Origin: Candidatus Poribacteria bacterium
GTDB lineage: Bacteria; Poribacteria; WGA-4E; GCA-2687025
Direction: 5' to 3'
Assembly (NCBI GenBank): GCA_963665845.2
Contig: OY762492.1
Location: forward strand, 2,304,001-2,368,000
DNA: 64,000 nt
In this document: piece after piece, positions 41,457-50,172 of the stretch
Position numbering within the stretch: the stretch's first letter is position 1
How the letters are laid out: each line of letters begins with the position of its first letter
The notes under the pieces: model-generated
What the model was told of the DNA's origin: nothing
What the model saw: only the letters and a program-made list of their open reading frames with translations
Databases searched by the model: none
Position numbers and translations under genes: made by a program

Positions 41457-42661
41457 TCGCCAGCCTCGTTGTGGACGCGGCAGGGAGCCTTCCCGAAACA
41501 GCGCTGCGCGGTATGAAAAACGCCGCCGACGCCGCCGACGAACGCGGCGTCCCGATAACATGGGCGGTCGACGTTTCAACCGCGCAGAGCGAAGCGGGCG
41601 AATGGCTGCGCAAACGGACCGGCGACGGGTTGATACTCATGCTAAACGCGGGCGAATGGACGCATCCGGACGACGGCGTCGAAGCGCGCGCGCGTCAACG
41701 AATGGAGCTGCCGCAGAAAATCGCGCGGGAGCGGGAGCTTGTCCAAAAAGCGCTGCCGGACGCCGATCTGAGCATCGCCGGCGCCGACATGAAAACCGCG
41801 CCGCTGATACAGGCGCTGGAGACGCTGCGGTTCAAAGGGCTATGGGGGTACCGCTGGAACGAGGCGTCGAAGCGGGCGGTGGATCGGGGCTGCCCGTTCT
41901 CTTTCTTTTATCCAAGTCGGGAGCGGAGCCGTTCAGGCGGTCCGCCCTCCAGCTCGATTGCGGCAATTCCGCGCGAGGCGAAGCCGCTGACATTCTGGAG
42001 GCGCGTCCCCCCCGAACCGCGCGCGTCCGAAATAGAAACGGAACCGTTTTTAAAAGCGGCGGAATCGGCCGCGCAGTCGCAATCGGTGAACGCATGGAGC
42101 TTCGTCTGTATGACGCTCTCGGCGGAGGCGTGCGCGGACCTGGACGCGGAGCGGCGGCAGTCTCTTATCGATATGTGGGACCGAACCGCCGAGATGGGTT
42201 TCCAACATGCCGCGCTGAACGAAGCGGCGGAGCTGTACCGCAGCCGATTTCCAGAAACGGAGCCGACGGCGCTGTTTGAAAAAAATGAAAAAAGCGGCAA
42301 GATGGAGCTGTTTTATGCGGACGCGCGGGCGATGTTCATCTTCGACGAAGGGAATGCGCAGCCCGCCGTTTTTCACAACTACGTGAACCCGCCGACCGGT
42401 TCCCCATTTTTAACCGAAACCTCCCCGCCGGAGCTGCTTGAGTTCACGCCGCGCCGCTCCAGAGATCAGCTCAAAATACAGTTCGTTCTGGACGCGCACA
42501 AGCCGATGCCGTATGCGCTCTTCCTGTGGGGCGACTATTCGGGACTGCGGATTGTGCATGAAAACGCCCTAGAAGCGCGCAAACTGGCAAAGTATGGTAT
42601 GCTGCTGCTAGTGGATTTGAATACGGGCGAGAATCGATTCTCGCTCCTCACCGCCATTTAA
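41453..42661 (+). CDS. Hypothetical protein (402 aa)
   Basis: Long ORF translationally coupled (ATGA overlap) to the upstream gene; no confidently recognised family. Confidence 0.75.
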   Translation: MIASLVVDAAGSLPETALRGMKNAADAADERGVPITWAVDVSTAQSEAGEWLRKRTGDGLILMLNAGEWTHPDDGVEARARQRMELPQKIARERELVQKALPDADLSIAGADMKTAPLIQALETLRFKGLWGYRWNEASKRAVDRGCPFSFFYPSRERSRSGGPPSSSIAAIPREAKPLTFWRRVPPEPRASEIETEPFLKAAESAAQSQSVNAWSFVCMTLSAEACADLDAERRQSLIDMWDRTAEMGFQHAALNEAAELYRSRFPETEPTALFEKNEKSGKMELFYADARAMFIFDEGNAQPAVFHNYVNPPTGSPFLTETSPPELLEFTPRRSRDQLKIQFVLDAHKPMPYALFLWGDYSGLRIVHENALEARKLAKYGMLLLVDLNTGENRFSLLTAI

Positions 42662-42678
42662 CGCGCGAAGGGTAAACG

Positions 42679-43719
42679 ATGAAGCGTCTGATTGCCGCCG
42701 CTGTATGCGCAGCGGTTCTTGTCTCCGCCGACGCAAAATGGACAGAAGTGAGACCGGACGATTTCTTGCGGGACGACGGCATAGAAGGCGACTTGCTCGC
42801 GATCTCTTTTTTAGATGAACAACGCGGATGGGCAGCCGGCATCAACGGACTGATCCTGTCCACAAACGACGGGGGAGAAACCTGGACGAAGCAGGAGATG
42901 CCCGAACCGCCGGAGGATGTGCCGCCTAGATTTCGCCGCCGGCTCGCTTCGCCGCTGCTTTCCGCCGCGCTGACCTTTGACAAAAAGCGCATACTCCTCG
43001 CCGGGACAGGCGCCATCCTCTCCAAAGACGGGGGCAAGACGTGGGAGTTCACCAATGTCGGAACGCGCAACCGCATCCTCTCTGGAACGGTCCTTTCGAA
43101 CAAGACGCTCTTTCTCGCAGGCGACAACAGCTCCCTCACGCGCAGCGACAACGCGGCAGGCTCCTGGGAGTTGGTTTCAGACGGCGGATTCACCCGCGTC
43201 GGCGAAAGCAGAACCTCCTATGAAGCGATCGCCTTCGCCGACAAACAGAACGGCTGGATCGTCGGCACGGGCGGACTCATCCTCTCGTCAACAGACGGAG
43301 GCGCAACGTGGAGCAAGCCCGACATCAAGGCGAACGTCGTTGAAAACCTGTACGACATTCGATTCGTCTCCCCCGAAACGGGCTGGATCGTCGGTCAAGA
43401 AGCGACCCTACTTCGCACAACAGACGCCGGCGCCGCCTGGGAACGCATCGCAAACGACGCGCAGAAAGACGATTTTTATTACGATCTGCGCTCGGTCGCC
43501 TTCTCAACGAAGAACCCAAAGATGGGCTGGATCGTCGGCGACAACGGAAAGACGCTTGTTACCGAGGATGGCGGCGCCACATGGCCCTTCGCCGACACCG
43601 GCGTTACGCACAAGCTGTACGCGGTCGCGGCGCATCCTTCCGGGACGGCGTTCGCGGTGGGCGAATGGGGCATCGTTCTGAAATACACGCCTGAAGACCT
43701 GGAGCCTGAAACGGAATAA
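42679..43719 (+). CDS. YCF48/BNR-repeat beta-propeller secreted protein
   Basis: Signal peptide; repeated 'GW.VG..G.IL.T.DGG.TW'. Confidence 0.9.
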   Translation: MKRLIAAAVCAAVLVSADAKWTEVRPDDFLRDDGIEGDLLAISFLDEQRGWAAGINGLILSTNDGGETWTKQEMPEPPEDVPPRFRRRLASPLLSAALTFDKKRILLAGTGAILSKDGGKTWEFTNVGTRNRILSGTVLSNKTLFLAGDNSSLTRSDNAAGSWELVSDGGFTRVGESRTSYEAIAFADKQNGWIVGTGGLILSSTDGGATWSKPDIKANVVENLYDIRFVSPETGWIVGQEATLLRTTDAGAAWERIANDAQKDDFYYDLRSVAFSTKNPKMGWIVGDNGKTLVTEDGGATWPFADTGVTHKLYAVAAHPSGTAFAVGEWGIVLKYTPEDLEPETE

Positions 43720-43721
43720 TA

Positions 43722-43964
43722 GACAGCGCCTAAAGACGATGGCATTCATTTTTGCGCGACAGCCCGCCGATCCATGTCGTCATTCCCGCGTAAGCGGGAA
43801 TCTTAGGCGCCGCTGAACGAACAAAGCCTTTATTCATGGGAAAAAGCGTCGTCAACCAGACCGTCATTCCCGCCCTTGCGGTAAAACGTGCGGGAATCCA
43901 GAGGCGCCGTAGAAGCCGCCCGCGTTCGCCCGCCGGCATGTCCCAACTAAAGACGTAAGGTCAG
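43722..43964. repeat. Composite repeat: degenerate MITE-A arm, two REPs and the right end of MITE-B
   Basis: REPs at 43778-43802 and 43862-43898; left part matches 53587-53670; right part matches 51995-52139 and ends ...AAGACGTAAGGTCAG. Confidence 0.8.
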
Positions 43965-43974
43965 TATACGCTGC

Positions 43975-44003
43975 TTGAGTTCCGGTTGTTCTGACGTTAA
44001 ACT
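43975..44003 (+). promoter_or_regulatory. Candidate sigma70 promoter for the TA pair
   Basis: TTGAGT-N17-TAAACT. Confidence 0.45.
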
Positions 44004-44030
44004 AGTATGGCAATGTTGATGGAGCGGACG

Positions 44031-44909
44031 ATGCAGCTTTCCATGAGTTCAGCGACCAGACCGCTGACCGCATCTCTTTTAAATCTAGATGCGCAGGGCG
44101 CGCATAACTTTCATGGGTTTTTTACCGATCAACCGATGAGTATTCTGCCGACCATCGAGATAACGGCGGTTGAGGATACGGCGAATGTTATTGTCGGGAA
44201 TATCGAAGGCGGATCGTTCCATTTCAGCCGCGCGACTGCGCATCTGGAAACGAAAAATATCGAGGGTTTTAAGTCAGAACTTTTGAGCGCCATTCGATGT
44301 TTTGACGAAGCGATTCGGCTTCTCAAAAATGAAACGGATGTTCCGGATGATGCGGCGATGGGGCATCTCTATTTTGCCCGCGGCGGCGCGGCATTTTCAT
44401 TGGAGATCGGATTGAGATTGGTTTCGCCGCAGGCGTCGCCGTATCTAAAGAAGGCGATCGCCGACTTGGCGGAATCAAAAAAGCGCTTTGTCAAATCAAC
44501 GCATCTCAATCGCGCCCGAACGGTTCTTTTCCTCTTGGGAAGCGCCTACATGTGCGCAAAGCAGTGGTCGAAAGCGATCGCATGCTTCAAAGACATCATC
44601 CGGCAGGACATGTACTGCGCCCCCGCCTTCATATGCCGCGGACTTGCTTATCGAGAGCTTGGCGAAATAGACGAATACGAGGAGGATTTCCGAATCGCCG
44701 TTTCGCTGCAGCCCGATCTGGTGAACGACGAAACATACGGCGCCGAATTTAGCCGCATCAAAAAAAGAAGCGAAAAAGAAAAAGAAAAATGGGAAGCGGC
44801 ATTCGCGCTGCCGGAGTCCAAGATATTCCTGGAGCAGACGGCTAAAGAGGTCCTTGAAGAGCATCGCCGAGGTGAAACCACACCGCTCAATATCGAAGAT
44901 TTGAAATGA
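44031..44909 (+). CDS. TPR-repeat protein with a C-terminal antitoxin-like segment
   Basis: GGAG at 44021 before ATG 44031 (track start 44007). TPR-like 'AFICRGLAYRELGE...DFRIAVSLQP'; tail 'WEAAF..PES..FLEQ.A.E..EE.RRGET.PL'. Confidence 0.75.
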   Translation: MQLSMSSATRPLTASLLNLDAQGAHNFHGFFTDQPMSILPTIEITAVEDTANVIVGNIEGGSFHFSRATAHLETKNIEGFKSELLSAIRCFDEAIRLLKNETDVPDDAAMGHLYFARGGAAFSLEIGLRLVSPQASPYLKKAIADLAESKKRFVKSTHLNRARTVLFLLGSAYMCAKQWSKAIACFKDIIRQDMYCAPAFICRGLAYRELGEIDEYEEDFRIAVSLQPDLVNDETYGAEFSRIKKRSEKEKEKWEAAFALPESKIFLEQTAKEVLEEHRRGETTPLNIEDLK

Positions 44910-44910
44910 A

Positions 44911-45252
44911 ATGCGCTCATTTACATGCCGACGCTTCTGGGATGCGTTTAAAAAACGCCCTAAGAAGATTCGAGACCGAACGCGTGAAGCCTACGAGTTC
45001 TTCTCCAAATACCCAAATTACCCTAGCCTAGATTTTAACAAATTAAAAGGATTTCCGACGCTGTATTCCGCAGAAATAACCGAAAACTACCGAACGCTGG
45101 GCGTAGTAGAAAAGAACGACGTTATGTGGTTTTGGATCGGCCCGCACGACGACTACATGAACAAACTTAAAAACCCAAGCATCCAAAAATCTATCCGTAT
45201 GGCTCACGAAAACCTAAAAAAACGGCAAGCAAAACACGGTCGACAAAACTAA
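44911..45252 (+). CDS. ParE/RelE-superfamily toxin
   Basis: 113 aa, basic; 'FW..FKK.P', 'P.YPSL.F.KL', 'YS..I..NYR', 'WFWIGPHDDY'; starts 1 nt after the upstream stop. Confidence 0.85.
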   Translation: MRSFTCRRFWDAFKKRPKKIRDRTREAYEFFSKYPNYPSLDFNKLKGFPTLYSAEITENYRTLGVVEKNDVMWFWIGPHDDYMNKLKNPSIQKSIRMAHENLKKRQAKHGRQN

Positions 45253-45285
45253 AAACCTGACGGCCGCTACCAGAAGGAGACACTG

Positions 45286-46086
45286 TTGAAATGGAACCTC
45301 GGCGCGACAACGCGCCCATGGAATCGATGGACATTTGAAGAGGCATGCGGGCATATCGCGGACGCGGGATATACGGATGTCGCCGTCTTTGCGAACGCGG
45401 GCGTTCACCCGCTGCGCTCCAACGCGGACGCCGACGAGATCGCCGAAACGGTTGAGATCCTGGCGAAGCGGAATCTGAACCCGTCTATGCTGCTTTCAGG
45501 ACCGCAGCTGAACGCCGACCTGGAAGACGCGGCGGCCGATTATCGGCGTCAGGTGGATGTGTGCGCGGCGGCGGGCGTCCGCTATCTGATGGACTGCGGC
45601 TGCGGAGACAATCTGCGGGAGAAGTATATCGCGGTCATGCGCGCCGTCGCGCCGCATGCGGAGGCGAAAGGCGTTGAGCTGCAGCTGAAACCGCACGGCG
45701 GAATCGGCTTGAACGGCGAAATGCTCGCGCAGGTTCATGAGGAGGTCGGCCATCCAGCGTTCTCGATATGCTACGACCCCGGCAACATCATTTACTACAC
45801 CGCCGGCGGAGAACGGCCGGAACCGGATGTCCTGAAAGTGGCGGACCGCGTCGGCTCCTTCATCGTCAAAGACTGCGTCGTTCAGAACGGACGCCCCGAC
45901 GTCTGGATCAAGCCTGGCGAGGGGGAGGTCGACTTTGAAGCGGTTCTGTCGGCGCTGGCGGATGCGGGCTTTCAGGGTCCGCTTTATGTGGAGTGTTTAG
46001 GCGGCGACGATCTGGAGGAGATCAACGCGAACGCCCGCGCAACCTTTGAGACGCTTCAACAGCTGAAGGCGAAACTGGCGCCTTAA
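45286..46086 (+). CDS. Sugar phosphate isomerase/epimerase (xylose-isomerase-like TIM barrel)
   Basis: AAGGAG plus TTG; 'KPHGG', 'YDPGN', 'VKD', 'PGEGEVDF', 'GPLYVE'. Confidence 0.85.
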   Translation: MKWNLGATTRPWNRWTFEEACGHIADAGYTDVAVFANAGVHPLRSNADADEIAETVEILAKRNLNPSMLLSGPQLNADLEDAAADYRRQVDVCAAAGVRYLMDCGCGDNLREKYIAVMRAVAPHAEAKGVELQLKPHGGIGLNGEMLAQVHEEVGHPAFSICYDPGNIIYYTAGGERPEPDVLKVADRVGSFIVKDCVVQNGRPDVWIKPGEGEVDFEAVLSALADAGFQGPLYVECLGGDDLEEINANARATFETLQQLKAKLAP

Positions 46087-46997
46087 GAAGCGTGGCGGAC
46101 CGCCGACAAGACCGCGTCGGCGACCGCCTCCGCGGCGAGCGTTCCGGCGGCGTTGGCGTTCGCGCCGCCTCCGCCGAGAGCGAGCGCGAATAACGTGTCG
46201 CCGTCGTATAACGTGTGGGCGGGGCGGATCGTCCGCGCTAAGCCGTCATGCGCCATGGACGCCATGCGGTACGCCTCGCCCTGGGACAGGTCGGCGTTCG
46301 TCGCGACGACGCCAATGGTCGTGTTTAAGCCAGCTCCGCCCCGCTCTATGAAGCCGTCGGTCAAATCAAACTGGGTCAGTTTGCCGGTTTCAGGGTCGCG
46401 CGCGCCGGCAACGATGCCGCCGGCGGACGGGTCAATGATGTTGCCGACAGCGTTCACCGCGACGACGGCGCCGACAAGCAAGCCTCCAGGTCCGCGTTTC
46501 AACGCGGAGCCGAGACCGCCGTTGGAAGGGGTCATGCCGGGCGCTTTGCCGACCGTCGCGCCGATTCCAGGTCCGACAAGCCCCGTCTGGACGGGCGCGG
46601 AGCTGGCGTTTTCGCAGGCGGCTCTGCCCATGGCGGCGTCCGGACGGACGCGCGAATCTCCGACGCCAAGGTCGAACAGGGCGGCGGCAGGGACAATCGG
46701 AACGCGAACCGACCCCGCCTGAAAACCGACGCCCCGCTCCTCCAGATACGCCATGACGCCTCCCGCCGCGTCCAACCCGAAGGCGCTTCCTCCGGTGAGC
46801 AGTACGGCGTGCGCCTTCTTCACAAGGTTGCCGGGGCGCAGCGCCGCCAGTTCGCGCGTTCCCGGCGCCCCTCCGCGGACGGACGCCGCGGCAACCGCCC
46901 CGCGTTCGCATATCAAGACAGCGCAGCCGGTCCGCGCCTCTCTGTTTTCAGCAACGCCAAACCGCAGACCTGGAATCGCCGTGATCGTTTCGTTCAT
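46083..46997 (-). CDS. P1/DmpA (S58) family peptidase
   Basis: 'VRGGAPGTRE', 'LTGGSAFGL', 'VPIVPAAALFDL', 'NTTIGVVATN', 'PAHTLYDGD'. Confidence 0.92.
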   Translation of the reverse strand: MNETITAIPGLRFGVAENREARTGCAVLICERGAVAAASVRGGAPGTRELAALRPGNLVKKAHAVLLTGGSAFGLDAAGGVMAYLEERGVGFQAGSVRVPIVPAAALFDLGVGDSRVRPDAAMGRAACENASSAPVQTGLVGPGIGATVGKAPGMTPSNGGLGSALKRGPGGLLVGAVVAVNAVGNIIDPSAGGIVAGARDPETGKLTQFDLTDGFIERGGAGLNTTIGVVATNADLSQGEAYRMASMAHDGLARTIRPAHTLYDGDTLFALALGGGGANANAAGTLAAEAVADAVLSAVRHAS

Positions 46998-47029
46998 CTT
47001 CCGCTCCTTTCATGCCCGCGTCCCCATTC

Positions 47030-47136
47030 CGTCATTCCCGCCCCTCCTCGTCATTCCCGCCTCTTTCCTCGTCATTTCCGCCTCTTTCCTCGTCATTTCC
47101 GCCTCTTTCCTCGTCATTCCCGCGCAAGCGGGAATC
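47030..47136 (+). repeat. Tandem array of REP left arms ending in a complete REP
   Basis: cgtcattYccgc starts at 47030, 47049, 47070, 47091 and 47112; only the last has the gcgggaatc right arm. Confidence 0.9.
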
Positions 47137-47154
47137 TTAGCCGCGGTTGTCGTC

Positions 47155-47228
47155 TGAACTAGGATTGCCAAGAAAATTCCCGTATGCCGCTATCTTGGCA
47201 ATCTTAATCATCCTTCAATCTTAGTTCA
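47155..47228. repeat. TGAACTAG-ended inverted-repeat element, copy 1
   Basis: tgaactaggattgccaaga...tcttggcaatcttaatcatccttcaatcttagttca. Confidence 0.85.
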
Positions 47229-47392
47229 AAACTGAGCGCAACCCGCGCGCCCGCGCAAACCCCCAGCCCCCTTGACAAGGGGGAACGTAACGCGCCCCTT
47301 CGACTGAAACGTATCATAAACGCTTCGCATGACGTTGACCATATGAATCTTGAAGCCAACTGCAGCGGATCGAACAAAGGAAGGCGGAACGG

Positions 47393-48019
47393 ATGAAAAC
47401 AGCGGAGGAAGCGTTGATCGGTTATCTGACGCGCATCGACAGCGAGTCGCGCAACATGTCGGCGGGGGGGCTGCTGGTCGCCAATCGGCGCGGGATACCG
47501 ATAGAGTTCCGTTACACCGACCCCGTAGAGATGTCGGAGCCGCGCCATCTGCTGTATGAGGACGAGGAGAGCCGTATGGCGGCGGTCTCGCTCACGATAG
47601 CGGCGAGCCTGTGGAAGTCGCTGCGTCAAAAACCGCCGATTTTGTTGATGGAAGAGTTTTCGTCAACGCGCCTATGGGAGCGAATCTCCAAAAGCGGAAC
47701 CTTCATCGCCGTTCACGTTAGCCGAGCCAAACCGCGCGGCATGAGCGCCAAAGCGTTCCCAGACGGCGGCGACGGGTCGGTTTACATGCAGGCGGTTCCG
47801 CCGTCCGACGCGGCGCTCGATTTGGCTTCCGCCCAGTTGACGCTTGCCGCAAAAGAGATGCGCATCGATGAGCCGTTTGAGCGGGTTGAGCGCATACTCC
47901 AGAGCCTCCACGGGTTGCCTGAAAGCGAGAAACGGGCGCGCGAATCGACCCATGAGACGGCATCGCCCTCGCCCGCCGGCATTGCGAAGCGCCCCGACCT
48001 TGAGTGGCTTCGGCGTTGA
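47393..48019 (+). CDS. Conserved hypothetical protein upstream of SNF2
   Basis: GGAAGG upstream; 208 aa; motif 'GGLLVAN.RGIPIEFRYTDPV...LLY'. Confidence 0.75.
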   Translation: MKTAEEALIGYLTRIDSESRNMSAGGLLVANRRGIPIEFRYTDPVEMSEPRHLLYEDEESRMAAVSLTIAASLWKSLRQKPPILLMEEFSSTRLWERISKSGTFIAVHVSRAKPRGMSAKAFPDGGDGSVYMQAVPPSDAALDLASAQLTLAAKEMRIDEPFERVERILQSLHGLPESEKRARESTHETASPSPAGIAKRPDLEWLRR

Positions 48020-48056
48020 TGGAAAAGACATAACGGAAAAAAGAGAGACCGAGAGT

Positions 48057-49718
48057 ATGGACGTTCTGATGGATCATGTGAAGGTTCCAATGGAGAAACG
48101 GCTCTTCGGAATGAAGGTGCGCGGCGTGGATCTGTCGCCGTCTTTGGACGCGCGCGAGCTGCCGCCAATACCGCCTCTGCCTGCTGTCCGCGGCGACCGG
48201 TTCTTCGACCTGGAGCTTTCCGCCGAGCGGTTGAACGCCATGACCCTGCTGGACAAGCCGGTTCAGGACGCGCTTTCCGCGGCGGCGGAGACATTCGCGG
48301 CGAAGAACGACTCCGCCTGGGAGCAGTACTTCTTGCTGATACCGCCGCTGGAAGACGCGCTCAAACGCGGGTTCGACCTGCCCTTCGCGCTGTATCCATA
48401 CCAAGCCGAGGGGGTCTCTTTTCTTGCCAACCGGCGCCGGGCGTTGCTGGCGGACGACATGGGGCTTGGCAAGACGATACAGGCGATTACGGCGGCGCGG
48501 TTTCTTTTGAACAGCGGGCTGATTCGCTCCATTCTCGCCGTCTGCCCCGCCGGTCTCAAATCGAACTGGAAGGCGGAATTTGAACGCTGGGCGCCTGAAG
48601 CCTCCGCCGTGGTCGTCGCGGGCGACGCGAAAAAACGCGCCAAGCAATGGAGCGGACCCTACCATGTCTGGATCGCCGGGTATGAAACAACGCGAAACGA
48701 TATGGAGCGGATGTCCCAACGCGGCTTCGATCTGGTCATTCTAGACGAAGCGCAGCGCATCAAAAATGCTGAAACGCGCGTCGCCAAAGCGGTGAAGGCG
48801 CTGCCGAGGCGCGCCTCATGGTGTTTGACCGGAACGCCGATTGAGAACAGCGTCTCCGACCTCGGCTCCATCGGGCAGTTTTTAGACCCGCAGCTTTCTA
48901 TCGGCGAGGCGGCGGAGCCGGAGGAGGCGCGGAAGATCATGGCGCCTTATTACCTGCGGCGGCATAAATCTGCCGCGCTGAAAAACCTGCCTGAAAAACA
49001 TGTCCGAACCGCCCGGCTAGACCTGACCCCCGCGCAGAGAAAAGCGTACGACGCGGCGGAAAGCAAAGGCGAAACGCGGCTGCAGCATATGGGCGATTCG
49101 GTGACGCTGCAGCATGTGCTGGCGCTCATCACGCGGCTCAAACAGATCTGCAATTACGATCCGCTGACCGAAAAAAGCGTCAAGCTGAACTATCTGCGCG
49201 ATGCGCTCAAGGAGATTGCGGAACGGGGCGAAAAAGCGCTCATCTTTTCGCAATACCGAAAGACGCTCGATTTCATCGAAGCGCGGCTGGAGGAGTTCAA
49301 CCCTGTCCCCTACCACGGCGGGCTATGGCCCTCTCAAAAAGAGGCGGCGGTGGCGCGCTTCAAGGAGGACTCCGACGCGAAGGCGATGCTCATCTCGCTG
49401 CAGGCGGGCGGCGTCGGGCTGAACCTGCAGGAAGCCTCCTATGTGTTTCATTACGATCGATGGTGGAACCCCGCGGTGGAGCGTCAGGCGGAGGACCGCG
49501 CCTATCGGCTGGGTCAGCGGCGCGATGTGATTGTGACGCGGCTTGTCGCGGCGGACACCATCGAAGAGAAGATTGACGCGATTTTAAAAGAAAAAGAAGA
49601 GCTGTTTGATCGGTTCGTTGACGAGGGCGTTGAAAGCGGGCAGGGGAGGCTGTCCGAGTCGGACTACTTCCAGCTGGTCGGGCTAGAGCAGGCGCTGGCT
49701 CCCGCCGCTGCGGTATGA
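48057..49718 (+). CDS. SNF2-family (DEAD/DEAH) helicase/ATPase
   Basis: 'LADDMGLGKT', 'DEAQ', 'TGTPIEN', 'GGVGLNL', 'WWNPAVERQAEDRAYRLGQ'. Start uncertain; first ATG after the upstream stop is 48057. Confidence 0.92.
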   Translation: MDVLMDHVKVPMEKRLFGMKVRGVDLSPSLDARELPPIPPLPAVRGDRFFDLELSAERLNAMTLLDKPVQDALSAAAETFAAKNDSAWEQYFLLIPPLEDALKRGFDLPFALYPYQAEGVSFLANRRRALLADDMGLGKTIQAITAARFLLNSGLIRSILAVCPAGLKSNWKAEFERWAPEASAVVVAGDAKKRAKQWSGPYHVWIAGYETTRNDMERMSQRGFDLVILDEAQRIKNAETRVAKAVKALPRRASWCLTGTPIENSVSDLGSIGQFLDPQLSIGEAAEPEEARKIMAPYYLRRHKSAALKNLPEKHVRTARLDLTPAQRKAYDAAESKGETRLQHMGDSVTLQHVLALITRLKQICNYDPLTEKSVKLNYLRDALKEIAERGEKALIFSQYRKTLDFIEARLEEFNPVPYHGGLWPSQKEAAVARFKEDSDAKAMLISLQAGGVGLNLQEASYVFHYDRWWNPAVERQAEDRAYRLGQRRDVIVTRLVAADTIEEKIDAILKEKEELFDRFVDEGVESGQGRLSESDYFQLVGLEQALAPAAAV

Positions 49719-49777
49719 CGCCGGCAGCGGAATTGACGATCTCTCTATTTATGGATAAATGCGCCGCCAGCCAGGCC

Positions 49778-50060
49778 GTTCCCCGCTTCCCCGTTTTCAC
49801 GAGGACATGCCCGCGAGGACATGCATTCCCGCCCCTGCGGTAAAACGCGCGGGAATCTAGAGGCGACCCTGAAACCGTCCGCTATTTGAACTAGGATTAA
49901 AGGATTGAAAAGATTGCCAGGAGAATTGCCTAAAACCGATATTTCGTTTTCGACATGCCGCATCGCCGAATCTTGAAAATCCTAGTTCAATAGCCAAGCG
50001 CTTCTCCTAAACCCGTCATTCCCTCCCTGTGGTAAAACGCGCGGGAATCTAGAGGCGCCG
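49778..50060. repeat. Composite repeat: nested REP, TGAACTAG element copy 2 (49887-49989) and long-loop REP
   Basis: attcccgcccctgcggtaaaacgcgcgggaatctagaggcg occurs twice (one copy slightly degenerate), flanking tgaactaggatt...aatcctagttca. Confidence 0.85.
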
Positions 50061-50172
50061 CTGAAGGAGGGATCTGTCGGAGAGTAGGGCGCTGAGGAAG
50101 ACATGCGCCGCCGTTCCGTGTACGCTATATTAACGTTGAACGCATGGAACGACCGCAAGCGAAAGGGGCGTC

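Noticed and set aside
47844-48056. TTG-started N-terminal extension of SNF2
   Set aside because: It overlaps the upstream gene by 176 bp and is not protein-like; there is no clear slippery site for a programmed fusion.
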